Source: Planctomycetota bacterium
Lineage (GTDB): Bacteria; Planctomycetota; JAJSAM01; JAJVHW01
Assembly: GCA_965248445.1 (NCBI GenBank)
Contig: CBDFJG010000003.1
Location: forward strand, 32,001-96,000
Direction of reading: 5' to 3'
Length of the DNA: 64,000 nucleotides
Made by a program: the position numbers and the translations under genes. Positions 29,748 to 39,421 of this stretch are shown in pieces; positions within the stretch are counted from its first letter, which is position 1; each line of letters starts with the position of its first letter. A model generated the notes under the pieces. That model saw only the letters and a program-made list of their open reading frames with translations. It was not told where the DNA came from and ran no database searches.

Positions 29748-30780
29748 TCCGCGCGTCGCGCTGGTGGCGCCGTGGCCGCCGCCGGAAGGCGGAATGTCGG
29801 TGCAGGCGCGGGGCCTGAGCGAGGCTCTTCGCTCGGCCGGCACCGAGGTCCGCGTCGTGCCGACCAACGTCGGGCTTGGCCTGCTCGGACGGATCAAGGG
29901 CGTCCGCGGCGTGGTGAACCTGGCGATCTACCTGGTGCGGCTGGTCTGCACGGTGCCGCGCGTGGACGTGGTGCACGTGCTCGCGGCGAGCGGCCTCCTC
30001 CTTCTTCCTGTTCACGGCGCCCGCGGTCGTGGTGGGCCGGCTCCTGCGACGTCGCGTGATCGTCAACTACCGCGGCGGCCTGGCAGACGACTTCCTCGCG
30101 GCGCGCGGCAATTGGGTGCGGCCGTTCCTGCGCCGCGCGAGGGGGTTTTCACGAAGCACGGCTACGCGTCGGAGATCATCTCGAACTACGTCGACGTGGA
30201 TCGCTTCGACGTCACGGCAAATCCGGCGTCGGCGCCGGTCATCCTCGTCACCCGCAACCTGGAGCGGATCTACAATGTCGGTGCCGCGATCGAGGCGATC
30301 GCTCTGATCCGTGAGCAGCACGCGGACGCGGAGCTCTGGATTGCCGGCACGGGCAGCGAACGTGCATCGCTCGACGCACGCGCCACGGATCTGGGCGTGT
30401 TCGACGCCGTGCGGTTCCTGGGGCGGGTGCCGAACGAAGACATCCCCGCGCTCTACGCGGGTGCGGCGATCGCGCTCAACCCGACGAACGTGGACAACAT
30501 GCCGATATCGGTGCTCGAGGCGTTCGCCTCCGGGGTGCCCGTTGTGAGCACGCGAGCCGGGGGAGTCCCGTTCATCGTCGAGGACGGCGTGAGCGGGCTG
30601 CTCACGGACGTCGGCGATGCCCGGGGGCTGGCCGATGCCTGCGTGCGGATCCTGGAGTCCAGCGACCTCGCAGACGCACTTCGCGCGGAGGGGCGTTCGG
30701 CGGTCGAGCGGTTCGGCATCTCGGCAGTGGTCGGCGCTTGGCGCGCGTGCTATCGCGAGACGGCCTCGTCGGCCGATTAG
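29734..30780 (+). pseudogene. GT4 glycosyltransferase with compensating internal frameshifts
   Basis: PP.GGM and DNMPISVLEAFASG are in one frame; FLFTAPA...VIVNYRGG is in the +1 frame between about 30000 and 30140. Confidence 0.8.
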
Positions 30781-30971
30781 GCCTCACGGGGCCGCCGCAG
30801 CGCGGCCCCCCGGCTGGCTACAATTCCGTAGCCGCACGAGCCTGAGCAGTTGGACCGGCGCTTGCTTGCACCCCCCGAGGGCGCGACGTCCGCGTCCATC
30901 TGTCTCGACGGAGTTGAAGCCCTTCGCTTTCTGGCCTCCGCTTTCTGGCCTTCATGGGGAGCTGATCCCGC

Positions 30972-31934
30972 GTGCTGAACGTCCTCATCACGGTGGACAC
31001 CGAGTTCTGGGCGGATCAGCCGGGCTCCGGAGGCTCGGTGCGCGCCGAGGACATCGACCGCGACGTCTACGGCGTGACGCCCCACGGTGAGTTCGGGGTG
31101 CGGTACCAGGCCGACCTGCTCCAGGAGTGCGGCCTCAAGGGCGTGTTTCACATCGAGGCGCTCTCCGCCCTCGCGACCGGGATCGAGCCGCACACGCGCC
31201 TCGTCGAGGAACTCCAGCAGCGGGGACAGGACGTCCAGTTGCATGTCCACCCCGAGTGGCTGTCCCGCATGCCGGAGTCGCTGCTGCCCGGCCGCACCGG
31301 GCAGCACATGCATCAGTTCAGTCTCGACGAGCAGGAGGTGCTCCTCGCGAAGGGGCTGGAGATCCTGCGGCAGTGCGGGGCGCAGAACGTCTGCGCGTTC
31401 CGCGCCGGCAACTACGGCGCGAACTGGGACACGTTGCGCGCGCTCGCGCGTCTCGGGGTGCCGTACGACACGAGCCACAACACGTGCTACCTCGGTGACG
31501 CCACACAGATGGAGACCGAGTCCGCGTTGCTTCAACCGCGCGCGTTCCACGGTGTCCACGAGTTTCCCGTCGGCTACTTCCACGATCGGCCGGGACATCG
31601 CCGTCACCTGCAGATCACCGCGTGCTCCGCTCGTGAACTGATCCACGCCGTCGAGCAGGCGTTCGAGCGCGGCTGGGAGTACCTCGTTCTCGTCTCGCAC
31701 AGTTTCGAGCTGATCGATCGACGAAGCGTGCGGCCGGACAACATCGCGATCCGTCGCTTCGAGCGGTTCTGCCGGCACCTGTCCGGCAACCGCGACCGCT
31801 TCCGGACGATCGGATTCGATGACATCGAACAGGGCTCGCTGCGGGACGGCGGCGCGGATCGTCCCTTGCGCTCCAACTGGGTGCGGACCGCTCTGCGCTA
31901 CGCCGAACAAGCGATGCGCCGGTTCCAGAGATGA
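30972..31934 (+). CDS. Polysaccharide deacetylase-like protein
   Basis: LITVDTE, QLHVHPEW, FRAGNY, YDTS, SHSFE. Confidence 0.82.
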   Translation: MLNVLITVDTEFWADQPGSGGSVRAEDIDRDVYGVTPHGEFGVRYQADLLQECGLKGVFHIEALSALATGIEPHTRLVEELQQRGQDVQLHVHPEWLSRMPESLLPGRTGQHMHQFSLDEQEVLLAKGLEILRQCGAQNVCAFRAGNYGANWDTLRALARLGVPYDTSHNTCYLGDATQMETESALLQPRAFHGVHEFPVGYFHDRPGHRRHLQITACSARELIHAVEQAFERGWEYLVLVSHSFELIDRRSVRPDNIAIRRFERFCRHLSGNRDRFRTIGFDDIEQGSLRDGGADRPLRSNWVRTALRYAEQAMRRFQR

Positions 31935-32914
31935 CCGACACGATGCAGGTGACGAAGATCCCACTGCACTTCCAGTTCGGCGAGTTGCGGCTCTTCGCTG
32001 TGCGATCGCGGGTGGCCGTCCACGACACGGCGCTGGGTCGCGCGCTCACTGCGCTGGAGGACAACGCGCCGGAGGACAGCGGACCCCCGACGGACTGGCC
32101 GGAGGGCGTCCGCGGCGTTCTCGTGCGCTCCCAGGTGTTGCGCGACGAACCGCCGCGCATCAGCCGTGTCGAGGGCCGCATCCGGTACGTGGCCAGCCGC
32201 TACGAGCGGTACTTCGTCGATCTCGCGGGCACGTACGACGAGTACCTCGCCCAGTTCTCCGCGAAGTCGCGGTCCACGTTGCGCCGGAAGGGGCGAAAGC
32301 TCGAGAAGGCGAGCGGGGGGGCGCTCGACTGGCGCTCGTACCGGACCCCCGAGGAGATCAGCGAGTTCCACCGGATCGCGCGGGACGTGTCGCGCAAGAC
32401 GTACCAAGAGCGGCTCCTCGATGCGGGCCTTCCGGCGTCGACCGAGTTCCGCGACAGGATGCTGGCGGACGCCGCCGACGGGCGCGCCCGCGGCTGGCTC
32501 CTGTTCATCGCCGACGAACCGGTCGCGTACCTCTACTGCCCGCTGCGCGCCGACGTGCTGGTGTATGCGCACCTGGGATACGACCCCGCGTTCGCGAAGC
32601 TCTCGCCCGGAACGGTGCTGCAACTCAAGGTCCTCGAGGCTGCCTTCGACGACGAACAGTGCGGTTACTTCGACTTCACCCAGGGTGGGGGCGAGCACAA
32701 GCGGTACTTCTCGACCGGCAGCGTGCGTTGCGCCGACGTCTTCTACTTCGAGCCGTCGCTGCGCAACCGGCTACTGGTTCGCTCGCATTCGGCCGTGGAC
32801 GCGCTCTCCTCCCTGCTCGGACGCATCCTCGATCGCCTCGGCCTGAAGCCGCGGATCAAGCGGCTCCTTCGTCGCGGCGGCTCCCAGACCGCGCCGGCGG
32901 AGGCCGCAGGATGA
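31931..32914 (+). CDS. GNAT acyltransferase (CelD/BcsL/FemAB-like)
   Basis: TYDEYLAQFSAKSRSTLRRK, GYDPAFAKLSPGTVL, FDFTQG...HKR. Confidence 0.85.
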   Translation: MTDTMQVTKIPLHFQFGELRLFAVRSRVAVHDTALGRALTALEDNAPEDSGPPTDWPEGVRGVLVRSQVLRDEPPRISRVEGRIRYVASRYERYFVDLAGTYDEYLAQFSAKSRSTLRRKGRKLEKASGGALDWRSYRTPEEISEFHRIARDVSRKTYQERLLDAGLPASTEFRDRMLADAADGRARGWLLFIADEPVAYLYCPLRADVLVYAHLGYDPAFAKLSPGTVLQLKVLEAAFDDEQCGYFDFTQGGGEHKRYFSTGSVRCADVFYFEPSLRNRLLVRSHSAVDALSSLLGRILDRLGLKPRIKRLLRRGGSQTAPAEAAG

Positions 32915-33987
32915 GCCCGGGTCACGTCTGGTCGGCAGCACCCCCGGCGGGATGGAACGCGGGCCTGAACGAGTCCACGGGCACCAAGGCGTTCCTGCGT
33001 CCGGCCTGGTTCGCCGGGTGGTCCGCCGCGTTCGGTGGGGAGGGCAACTGGACGGGTTCGACGCAGTACCTGTCCGTTCTGTCCGGCGACCGCCTGGTGG
33101 GCGCACTGGCAGTTGCGTCGCAGACGGTGGGCAGGCTTCGCTTCGCCTCTCTCGGCGGCTACTACCAGCCGTTTCGCGGGATCGTCGCGTTCGACGACGT
33201 ACCGGGCACAACGGCACAGATGGTGGAGGGACTCGGCGAGCTCACCGGATTCCACGGCGTGCGCATGGGTCCCGTGCCGCAGGACGACGGGGATCTCGTT
33301 GCACTTGTTGCGTCCCTCCGAACTGCAGGATGGAGGGTGATCGAGCGGCGAGTCGCAACGGGTTTCGTGCTCGACGTTCCGGCGACGGTGGAAGAGTTCG
33401 ATGGCGGACTGTCCAAGAAGCGGAGGGCCAAACTTCGCAACTACTGGAACAAGATGTGCAAGGTCGCCGAGACCGAACTCGTTCACCACACGGGTGGGAA
33501 CGCGGATGACTGGGTGCGGGTGTTCGACGATCTCGGAACCGTCGAGATGGCATCGTGGGTGGCCGAGTCAGGCGACCCCCGGTTCGCCGGTGACCGCAAC
33601 AAGATCTTTTGGACGCATCTCGCCCACGACGCGTGGATGCGCGAGGCGATGCACGCGTGGGTCGTCTACCACGGCGGGACTCCGGTCAGCTTCTGCTTCG
33701 CGCTCGACGCGGGCGACACGAGATTTGTCATGGCCAACAGCTACGACGCCCGGGTCGCGGAGTTCCGCACCGGTACGAAGCTCTACCACGAGGTGATCCG
33801 CGACGCGGTCGCAAGGGGGCGTGCACGCGTGGACATCGGGATGGGGGACTCCGGCTACAAGGCGCAGTGGGGCGCTGAGGCCGGCAGCGAACTGATCGAT
33901 ATCGTCGCGTTCCCACCGACTCTGAAGGGGCGTCTCGTCCACCTCGCCGCGCGTGCGAGACTGGCGATCGACGCCCGCCGCAATTGA
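32911..33987 (+). CDS. GNAT acyltransferase (CelD/BcsL-like)
   Basis: LSKKRRAKLR, SYDARVAEFRTG, DIGMGDSGYKAQW; ATGA overlap with the upstream gene. Confidence 0.85.
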   Translation: MSPGHVWSAAPPAGWNAGLNESTGTKAFLRPAWFAGWSAAFGGEGNWTGSTQYLSVLSGDRLVGALAVASQTVGRLRFASLGGYYQPFRGIVAFDDVPGTTAQMVEGLGELTGFHGVRMGPVPQDDGDLVALVASLRTAGWRVIERRVATGFVLDVPATVEEFDGGLSKKRRAKLRNYWNKMCKVAETELVHHTGGNADDWVRVFDDLGTVEMASWVAESGDPRFAGDRNKIFWTHLAHDAWMREAMHAWVVYHGGTPVSFCFALDAGDTRFVMANSYDARVAEFRTGTKLYHEVIRDAVARGRARVDIGMGDSGYKAQWGAEAGSELIDIVAFPPTLKGRLVHLAARARLAIDARRN

Positions 33988-34049
33988 GCCGCCTCGAACC
34001 GGTCCGACCGGCTCGCCACGCGGCAGCTCGCCGGACTCATAGGAACTAC

Positions 34050-36071
34050 GTGCCCACGTCATCCCGAATCAGCCGGATCGCCGTCACTGTGTCGCTCGCC
34101 GTCGCCGTGTCCCTGACCGCGTGCTCCGAGCCCGCCGGGGCGCAGGGCAGTTTGTTTCCTGCCGTACAGCTTCCGAGCACGCCGTTGGCGCTGGAACCCG
34201 TCTCGGCCTGGCGGCGCCCGCGCCACGAGGTCATCGTCTGGACCTACACCGACGATGCGCGGCGGCCACGGCTCCCGCGCGTCATCGAGGAACTCGGCGC
34301 GCGCGGCCTGTCGATCGGCCTCGAAACCGATCCGGCGCCGTTCGCGAAGGCCGGGCTCTCATGGTATGCCGGCCACGCTGCGGGGAAGGGCTCCTTGGAT
34401 CTGAGAGAGCGGGACCTGCGCGGACCGTGGGAGCGATTCGCGGCGGACGTGGCAACGCCCTGGCCGGCCGAGGCGGCACGCGCGCGTCCCCACTGCCTGC
34501 GCAGCGAGGATGTTCGCGCGGGGATGATGCGAAGAACGCTCGAGAGCGCGAAGCGCGCGCGGGCCTCGGGCGCGGTGGCGATCTCGCTCGCGGACGAGCC
34601 CTCCATGTCGGTGCGTGCCAACCCGACCGACTGGTGCCTGTGTGACGACTGCGTGGTCGCCTTCCGCCGTGCGACGCGCGACCGACTCGACGGGGACCTG
34701 CAAGCGCTGAACGCACAGTGGGGCATGTCGTACTCGCGGTGGGACGACGTCCGGCCGTGGACGACGACTCAGATGCGCCGACGTTGTCTGCCTCGCGATC
34801 CGGAAGATTGGAATCTCGCTCCGTGGATGGCAACGCGCAGGTTCCAGGACGCGACGTTCGAAGAGACGCTGCGGGTTCTGACGGACGCCGCGCGCACGGC
34901 GGCGCCGGACGTTCCAGTGGGCGTGACGGGGACGCAGGCGCCGGGCGCGTTCGGCGGTTTCGACTACCGGAGGCTCACCGGCGTCTGCGACTTCCTGGAG
35001 CCGTACGACATCGGGCTCGCGCTGCCCGTCGCGCGCGATCTCGGCGGCGCCCGGACGCTGCTCGCACAGACCGTGTTCCCCGCCGACGAGAGCCGCGGAC
35101 TCGAAAAGCTCCGCCTGTGGCGCGGTGTCGCGCGCGGCGCGCGCATGTCGATCGTCTGGTCAAGCCAGGACGCGTTCGATTACCCCGACGGCGCGAGCCC
35201 GCGACTGTCCGCCTACGGCAAGCGCATCGCGCCGGAACTCCGGCTCCTCTCCGCGGATGGAGGGCTCGGCGCGCGTCTCGCGGCCGCGCGTCCGCTCGAC
35301 GGCGCCGTGCGCATCGTGGTCTCGCAGCCGTCGCTCGCGGTGCGGTGGATGCTCGACAGCCGCGTCGACAAGGACACGTGGCCGCGGCGCTTCGGGAGCT
35401 ATGAGGCGTCGAACAGCAGTGCCATCGCTTCTCGCGACGCGGCGTGGCGCGCCCTGGCTCAACGGGCGCCGCGCTTCGTCGATGCCCGCGACCTTTCGGA
35501 GCCCGGCGCGCTCGACGGCGTGCGGCTCGTGGTCCTGCCTGACGTGCTCTGTCTCTCCCCTGACGAAGTCCGCGCTCTTCGCACGTTCGCCGAGCAAGGC
35601 GGCAGCGTGGTTGCAGACATCTCCCCGGGCGGGTTCGACACGGAGGGACGCGCAAGCAAGCGCGCAACGGGCGAGTCGGTGGACGCAGTGCTCGACCCGC
35701 GCTTCGAGAGTCTCGCTGACCTGACGGAGAAGCTCCTCGGACCGCCTCTCCTGCGGGCGGAACCGGCCGGCGGGGGAGTCCCGCTCGAACTGGCGCTGTT
35801 CGAGAACGGTACCGAGCGCCTGGTGGTGGTCGTCCCGCTGCACGACGTCGAGATCGTCCCCGATGCATCGGCCGACGCGACTCTTCCGGCGGCCGGGGAA
35901 CTCGCACGGTTCTCGTTCGGTGACGGCAAGAGCCGGACGGTGCGTAACGAACGCCGGGGCGCCGTGGTCTGCTTCGCGGCCGGCTTCGAGTTCACCGTTC
36001 CGCCCGAGGGCGGCGTCGTCTTCAGCTGGAGAGAGAGCGACGCGAGCGACGCCCCGCCCGAAGAGCGCTGA
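34050..36071 (+). CDS. GH42-like glycoside hydrolase, probable lipoprotein
   Basis: Lipobox SLTAC; LADEP, CLCDDC, ALNAQWG, DFLEPYD; trimerisation-like domain (LVVLP...FAEQGG). Confidence 0.7.
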   Translation: MPTSSRISRIAVTVSLAVAVSLTACSEPAGAQGSLFPAVQLPSTPLALEPVSAWRRPRHEVIVWTYTDDARRPRLPRVIEELGARGLSIGLETDPAPFAKAGLSWYAGHAAGKGSLDLRERDLRGPWERFAADVATPWPAEAARARPHCLRSEDVRAGMMRRTLESAKRARASGAVAISLADEPSMSVRANPTDWCLCDDCVVAFRRATRDRLDGDLQALNAQWGMSYSRWDDVRPWTTTQMRRRCLPRDPEDWNLAPWMATRRFQDATFEETLRVLTDAARTAAPDVPVGVTGTQAPGAFGGFDYRRLTGVCDFLEPYDIGLALPVARDLGGARTLLAQTVFPADESRGLEKLRLWRGVARGARMSIVWSSQDAFDYPDGASPRLSAYGKRIAPELRLLSADGGLGARLAAARPLDGAVRIVVSQPSLAVRWMLDSRVDKDTWPRRFGSYEASNSSAIASRDAAWRALAQRAPRFVDARDLSEPGALDGVRLVVLPDVLCLSPDEVRALRTFAEQGGSVVADISPGGFDTEGRASKRATGESVDAVLDPRFESLADLTEKLLGPPLLRAEPAGGGVPLELALFENGTERLVVVVPLHDVEIVPDASADATLPAAGELARFSFGDGKSRTVRNERRGAVVCFAAGFEFTVPPEGGVVFSWRESDASDAPPEER

Positions 36072-36139
36072 CCGGGGCACGAGGCTCACGGGAACATGCG
36101 GCGGCTGTCGCCGGTTACGGCAGACTGAGGACGACGACC

Positions 36140-36328
36140 GTGACGATGAAGACCACCCTGACGCTCCTGGCAGCCGCCGCAGGCGGTGCGGCCTTCGGCT
36201 GGTACCAGTCCGCCTGCGGGACCTGAGGGATCGCCGCTGCCCTGGAGGGGTGGCAGGCGTCGGCGCTCTACGCGACTGTGTTCGCCGGCGTTGCCGGGAT
36301 CGCCTTCCGCGGGCCTTCTGCCGGCTGA
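36140..36328 (+). CDS. Candidate small two-helix membrane selenoprotein (CxxU; in-frame TGA at 36224-36226)
   Basis: GAGGA 8 nt before GTG; MTMKTTLTLLAAAAGGAAFGWYQSA-CGT(UGA)-GIAAALEGWQASALYATVFAGVAGIAFRGPSAG*; hairpin follows the UGA. Confidence 0.65.
36229..36261 (+). promoter_or_regulatory. Putative bacterial SECIS hairpin
   Basis: CGCC-GCTGCCC-TGGAG-GGGTGGC-A-GGCG; loop GG lies 17 nt after the UGA. Confidence 0.6.
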
Positions 36329-36348
36329 ATCGGCTGCCGGCTGATTCG

Positions 36349-36527
36349 TCAGTCGCCCACGAGGACCTTGAAGCCAGGTTGGCCCTCGACCACCCGGATG
36401 TGTCGGCCGACAGGGATGTCGGCGAGTTCCTGGACGACTCCCGACGGCCAGTGAATCGTGAGGCGGGTCACCATCGTTGCCTGTCCGAGACCGAAGCGCA
36501 CGACGCTCGCCTGCGTGACGCTGAAGT
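36349..36527 (-). pseudogene. 3' remnant of an ASPIC/UnbV (CRTAC1-like) gene cut by IS66
   Basis: FS.....VRFGLG...V..LTIHWPSG.VQEL...GRHIRVVEG. Confidence 0.8.
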
Positions 36528-38027
36528 GTAACCGTTCACCCCTTGACAGCGTGTGAGCCTCAGCGTGCGAGGGGCAGCGGGACCATGACGGGCGGGTCGG
36601 CGCCGGTGAGGTGCGCGGCGACCGAGTCGGCGAGGAAGTCGAAGACTTGGTCGCCACGGCGTCGCAGCGTGGCCGCGGCGGTCAACACGCGCTCGGCGAA
36701 GCGGAGTCCGCGAGCGGACTGGCTTCCGAAGGAGCCCTTGCGCCAGAGCACCGCTTTGCGGACCGCGCGCTCGGCGGCGTTGTTCGTCGGACTCACGTCC
36801 TGGGTCCGCGCATAGGTGAAGAGGGCGACCACGCGGGGGCGCAGATGGTTGGCCAGAGCCGAGTCGTCGTTCGCGATCAGTCGCTCGAGCCGTCCGCGCA
36901 GCACAGCGGCTTCGCCTTGCAGCCGGTCACGGTCGCCGTGCTCACCGAAGAGCCGGTAGCTGCGCATGACCGACTGCGCGATCATGACGCCCTTGTTGCC
37001 GAAGCGGCGATGTTCTCGCGGGCCTTCGGCCAGCGCACGGAAGGCGCGCTCGATGTGCGCCCAGCAGAGCTGGCGGCGGGCAAGTGGGTGTGACTCGTAG
37101 GCACCCATCCGGTCGCTGATCACCGTGCCACCGAAGCGCCGCCCGATCAGCCGCCCTTTCGCCTTGGCACTGCGGCGGCGATCGATCCCGAAGGCTGTGG
37201 CGTGCTCGCTCTCCGCCGCCCACAGCCAGCACACCCGGCCCCGTTCCTTCCACGACGTCTCGTCCACGTTGGCTCGCAGCGACGTGCGGACTGCCCCGAG
37301 GGCTTCGAGGTACGACGAGTGCAGAGCGTCACTGAGCCGACGCTCACAGTCGCTGATCTTGCCCAGCGACATCTTCACACCGAAGATCTCACCGAGCAGC
37401 CGCTGCGTCTCCCGCACGCTCACGCGGTACACGCCGCGCAGCGCGCCGGCAAGTGTGGTCAGCCGCGGACCGAAGGCCCCGGTCGGCACGCCATCGGGCA
37501 GGACCGCCGTCGTGACCGCACGACAGCGCCGGCACCGCGCCTTGTGCAGCCGGTGCTCCCGCACCGTGACGAGCACGCGCGGGAGCACCGTCACCTGGTG
37601 CCGGTACGGATCGCCGATGCCCTGCTCGAGATCGTCGTGTCCGCACGCGTCGCAGCGGTCGGGACGGTGCTCCTTGGTCTCATCGACGTTGGACGGATCC
37701 ACCAGCTCGCGCGCCGTGCCCTCATGGCCCGGCTGTCCGCCCTGCTTGCGACCGCTACGCGGCCTTCGGCCGCGACGGCGCTTGGACCACGCCGGGTCCG
37801 ACGACGGAGGCCTCGAGCTGTTGCGGGAGTCACGCTTCAGACGCGACTCGAGCTCGTCGATGCGGCGCAGATGCTTCGCTTCGCGACGCTCCAGCTCCTC
37901 GATCCAGGCCAGAAGGCCCTCGACCATCGCCCGCAGATCCTCGTCCTGCCGCTCGCCCACAACATCTTGATCGACCGATGGCCGAACGATCTGGATCCTG
38001 GCTCGCGACGAAGGGGTGAACGGTTAC
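36528..38027 (-). mobile_element. IS66-family element, single ORF (ISBst12-like), copy 1, 1500 bp
   Basis: Perfect 17-bp TIR GTAACCGTTCACCCCTT; no target duplication. Confidence 0.95.
36560..37960 (-). CDS. IS66-family transposase (TnpC)
   Basis: [15 protein letters not shown], zinc-finger Cys pairs, [26 protein letters not shown]. Confidence 0.95.
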   Translation of the reverse strand: MGERQDEDLRAMVEGLLAWIEELERREAKHLRRIDELESRLKRDSRNSSRPPSSDPAWSKRRRGRRPRSGRKQGGQPGHEGTARELVDPSNVDETKEHRPDRCDACGHDDLEQGIGDPYRHQVTVLPRVLVTVREHRLHKARCRRCRAVTTAVLPDGVPTGAFGPRLTTLAGALRGVYRVSVRETQRLLGEIFGVKMSLGKISDCERRLSDALHSSYLEALGAVRTSLRANVDETSWKERGRVCWLWAAESEHATAFGIDRRRSAKAKGRLIGRRFGGTVISDRMGAYESHPLARRQLCWAHIERAFRALAEGPREHRRFGNKGVMIAQSVMRSYRLFGEHGDRDRLQGEAAVLRGRLERLIANDDSALANHLRPRVVALFTYARTQDVSPTNNAAERAVRKAVLWRKGSFGSQSARGLRFAERVLTAAATLRRRGDQVFDFLADSVAAHLTGADPPVMVPLPLAR

Positions 38028-38936
38028 CCGTGCTCGGGGTTGCCACGGCAACGCCGTTCCAGGCGGACACGACGACGTCCCGCTTCGCCAGTGCGTCGAC
38101 CGCTCCCACGTTCACGGTGTTCGTGTCGGGATCGATCGAGGTGACGTAGCGCGGCACCCCGGTCGCGAGCCCCGACGGGCCGGCCGTCAGTCCCCGTCGC
38201 TGACCGATGGTGACCGTGCCGACGCCTCCGTGCTGCCCGATCACCGCTCCCGAGGCGTCATCCACGATGGGACCCGGGACCATCGACTCGGGTCTCCGGG
38301 CGCCCACGCGCCCACGACGGCGCGGTAGTCCCCGTCCGGCACGAAGCAGATCTCCATGCTCTCCGGCTTCTCGGCCACGGGCAGGCCGAACTGCTCCGCG
38401 TGGGCCCGTACTTCGGGCTTCGTCAGGTCCCCGAGAGGAAACAGGCTCCGCGCGATCTGGGCCTGGGACAGGGGAAACAGCACGTACGTCTGGTCCTTCG
38501 TCTCGTCCCGCGCCCGGGCGAGCGCGAACCGCTCTCCGACCCGCTCGCGGCGGGCGTAGTGCCCGGTGGCGACCGCGTCCGCGCCGAGTGCGTCGGCGAA
38601 CTCGAGGAGGCGGCCGAATTTGAGGTCCCGATTGCAGACGATGCACGGGTTCGGGGTCCGTCCGGCGGCGTACTCAGCTGCGAACCCATCGATCAGCCGG
38701 TCGAACTCAGCCTCGTGGTCGAGCGCGTAGAACGGGACGCCGAGAATCTTGGCCACGCGGGAGGCGTCGGCGGCGTCATCGATCCCGCAGCACCCCTGGC
38801 GAGCCCGCTTCGCGGCCGGGCCGGCAGCGATGCCGTTCCGCATGAACACACCCGTCACATCGTGCCCGTCGGCCCGCAGGAGGGCCGCCGCCACGGAGCT
38901 GTCCACCCCCCCGCTCATGGCCACCACGACGTGCAT
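38028..38936 (-). pseudogene. mnmA: tRNA 2-thiouridylase MnmA, frameshifted and 3'-truncated by IS66
   Basis: AMSGGVDSS, TPNPCIVCN, ATGHY, KDQTY, TIGQRRGL; 8-bp duplication at 38301-38316; C-terminal domain absent. Confidence 0.92.
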
Positions 38937-39094
38937 CCCGGGAGGGTACCGCCGAAGCCCGCGAGGCCGGTGTCAGGGCCGTCCGTCCGGCCGCTGTTTC
39001 TCCACCCTCGATGCGGTGCTCAGGCTGCCGGATTTCCCTTCCGGGGCACCCCGCTCGTTCTAACCTCCGTGGTTTTGCCCCGGAGATCCCCCGG

Positions 39095-39412
39095 ATGACG
39101 CTCCTACTGGCCGAAGAGGCCGCCCAAGACATCCCGTTCTTCATGAACCCGATGTTCCTCGTGGTCGGGTTGGTGTTGATCTGGTGGTTCTTGGTGATCA
39201 GCCCCCAGCGCAAGCAGGAGAAGCTGCGCAAGGGGAAGCTGGGCGCTATCAAGAAGGGCGACAAGGTGCTCACACGGGCCGGAATGATCGGGACCGTGTC
39301 GCGCGTGAAGGACGACGTCGTCATCGTGCGGATCGACACCGACGGGAAGGTGCATGTGCCCTTCCAGAAGGCGGCGATCGAGGACGTTCTGAGCGGCACG
39401 GACACCGAGTGA
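39095..39412 (+). CDS. yajC: Preprotein translocase subunit YajC
   Basis: TM helix, then PQRKQ, KKGDKVLTRAGMIGTV; upstream of secDF. Confidence 0.93.
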   Translation: MTLLLAEEAAQDIPFFMNPMFLVVGLVLIWWFLVISPQRKQEKLRKGKLGAIKKGDKVLTRAGMIGTVSRVKDDVVIVRIDTDGKVHVPFQKAAIEDVLSGTDTE

Positions 39413-39421
39413 CGATGAACC

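Noticed and set aside
31819..33987. 722-aa ORF as one protein
   Set aside because: The first half is an off-frame shadow of the upstream GNAT; the real gene starts at ATG 32911 with an ATGA overlap.
35863..36531. 222-aa plus-strand ORF covering the candidate selenoprotein region
   Set aside because: It overlaps two other genes out of frame or antisense and has no coherent composition; the 36140 frame has an RBS and two hydrophobic helices.
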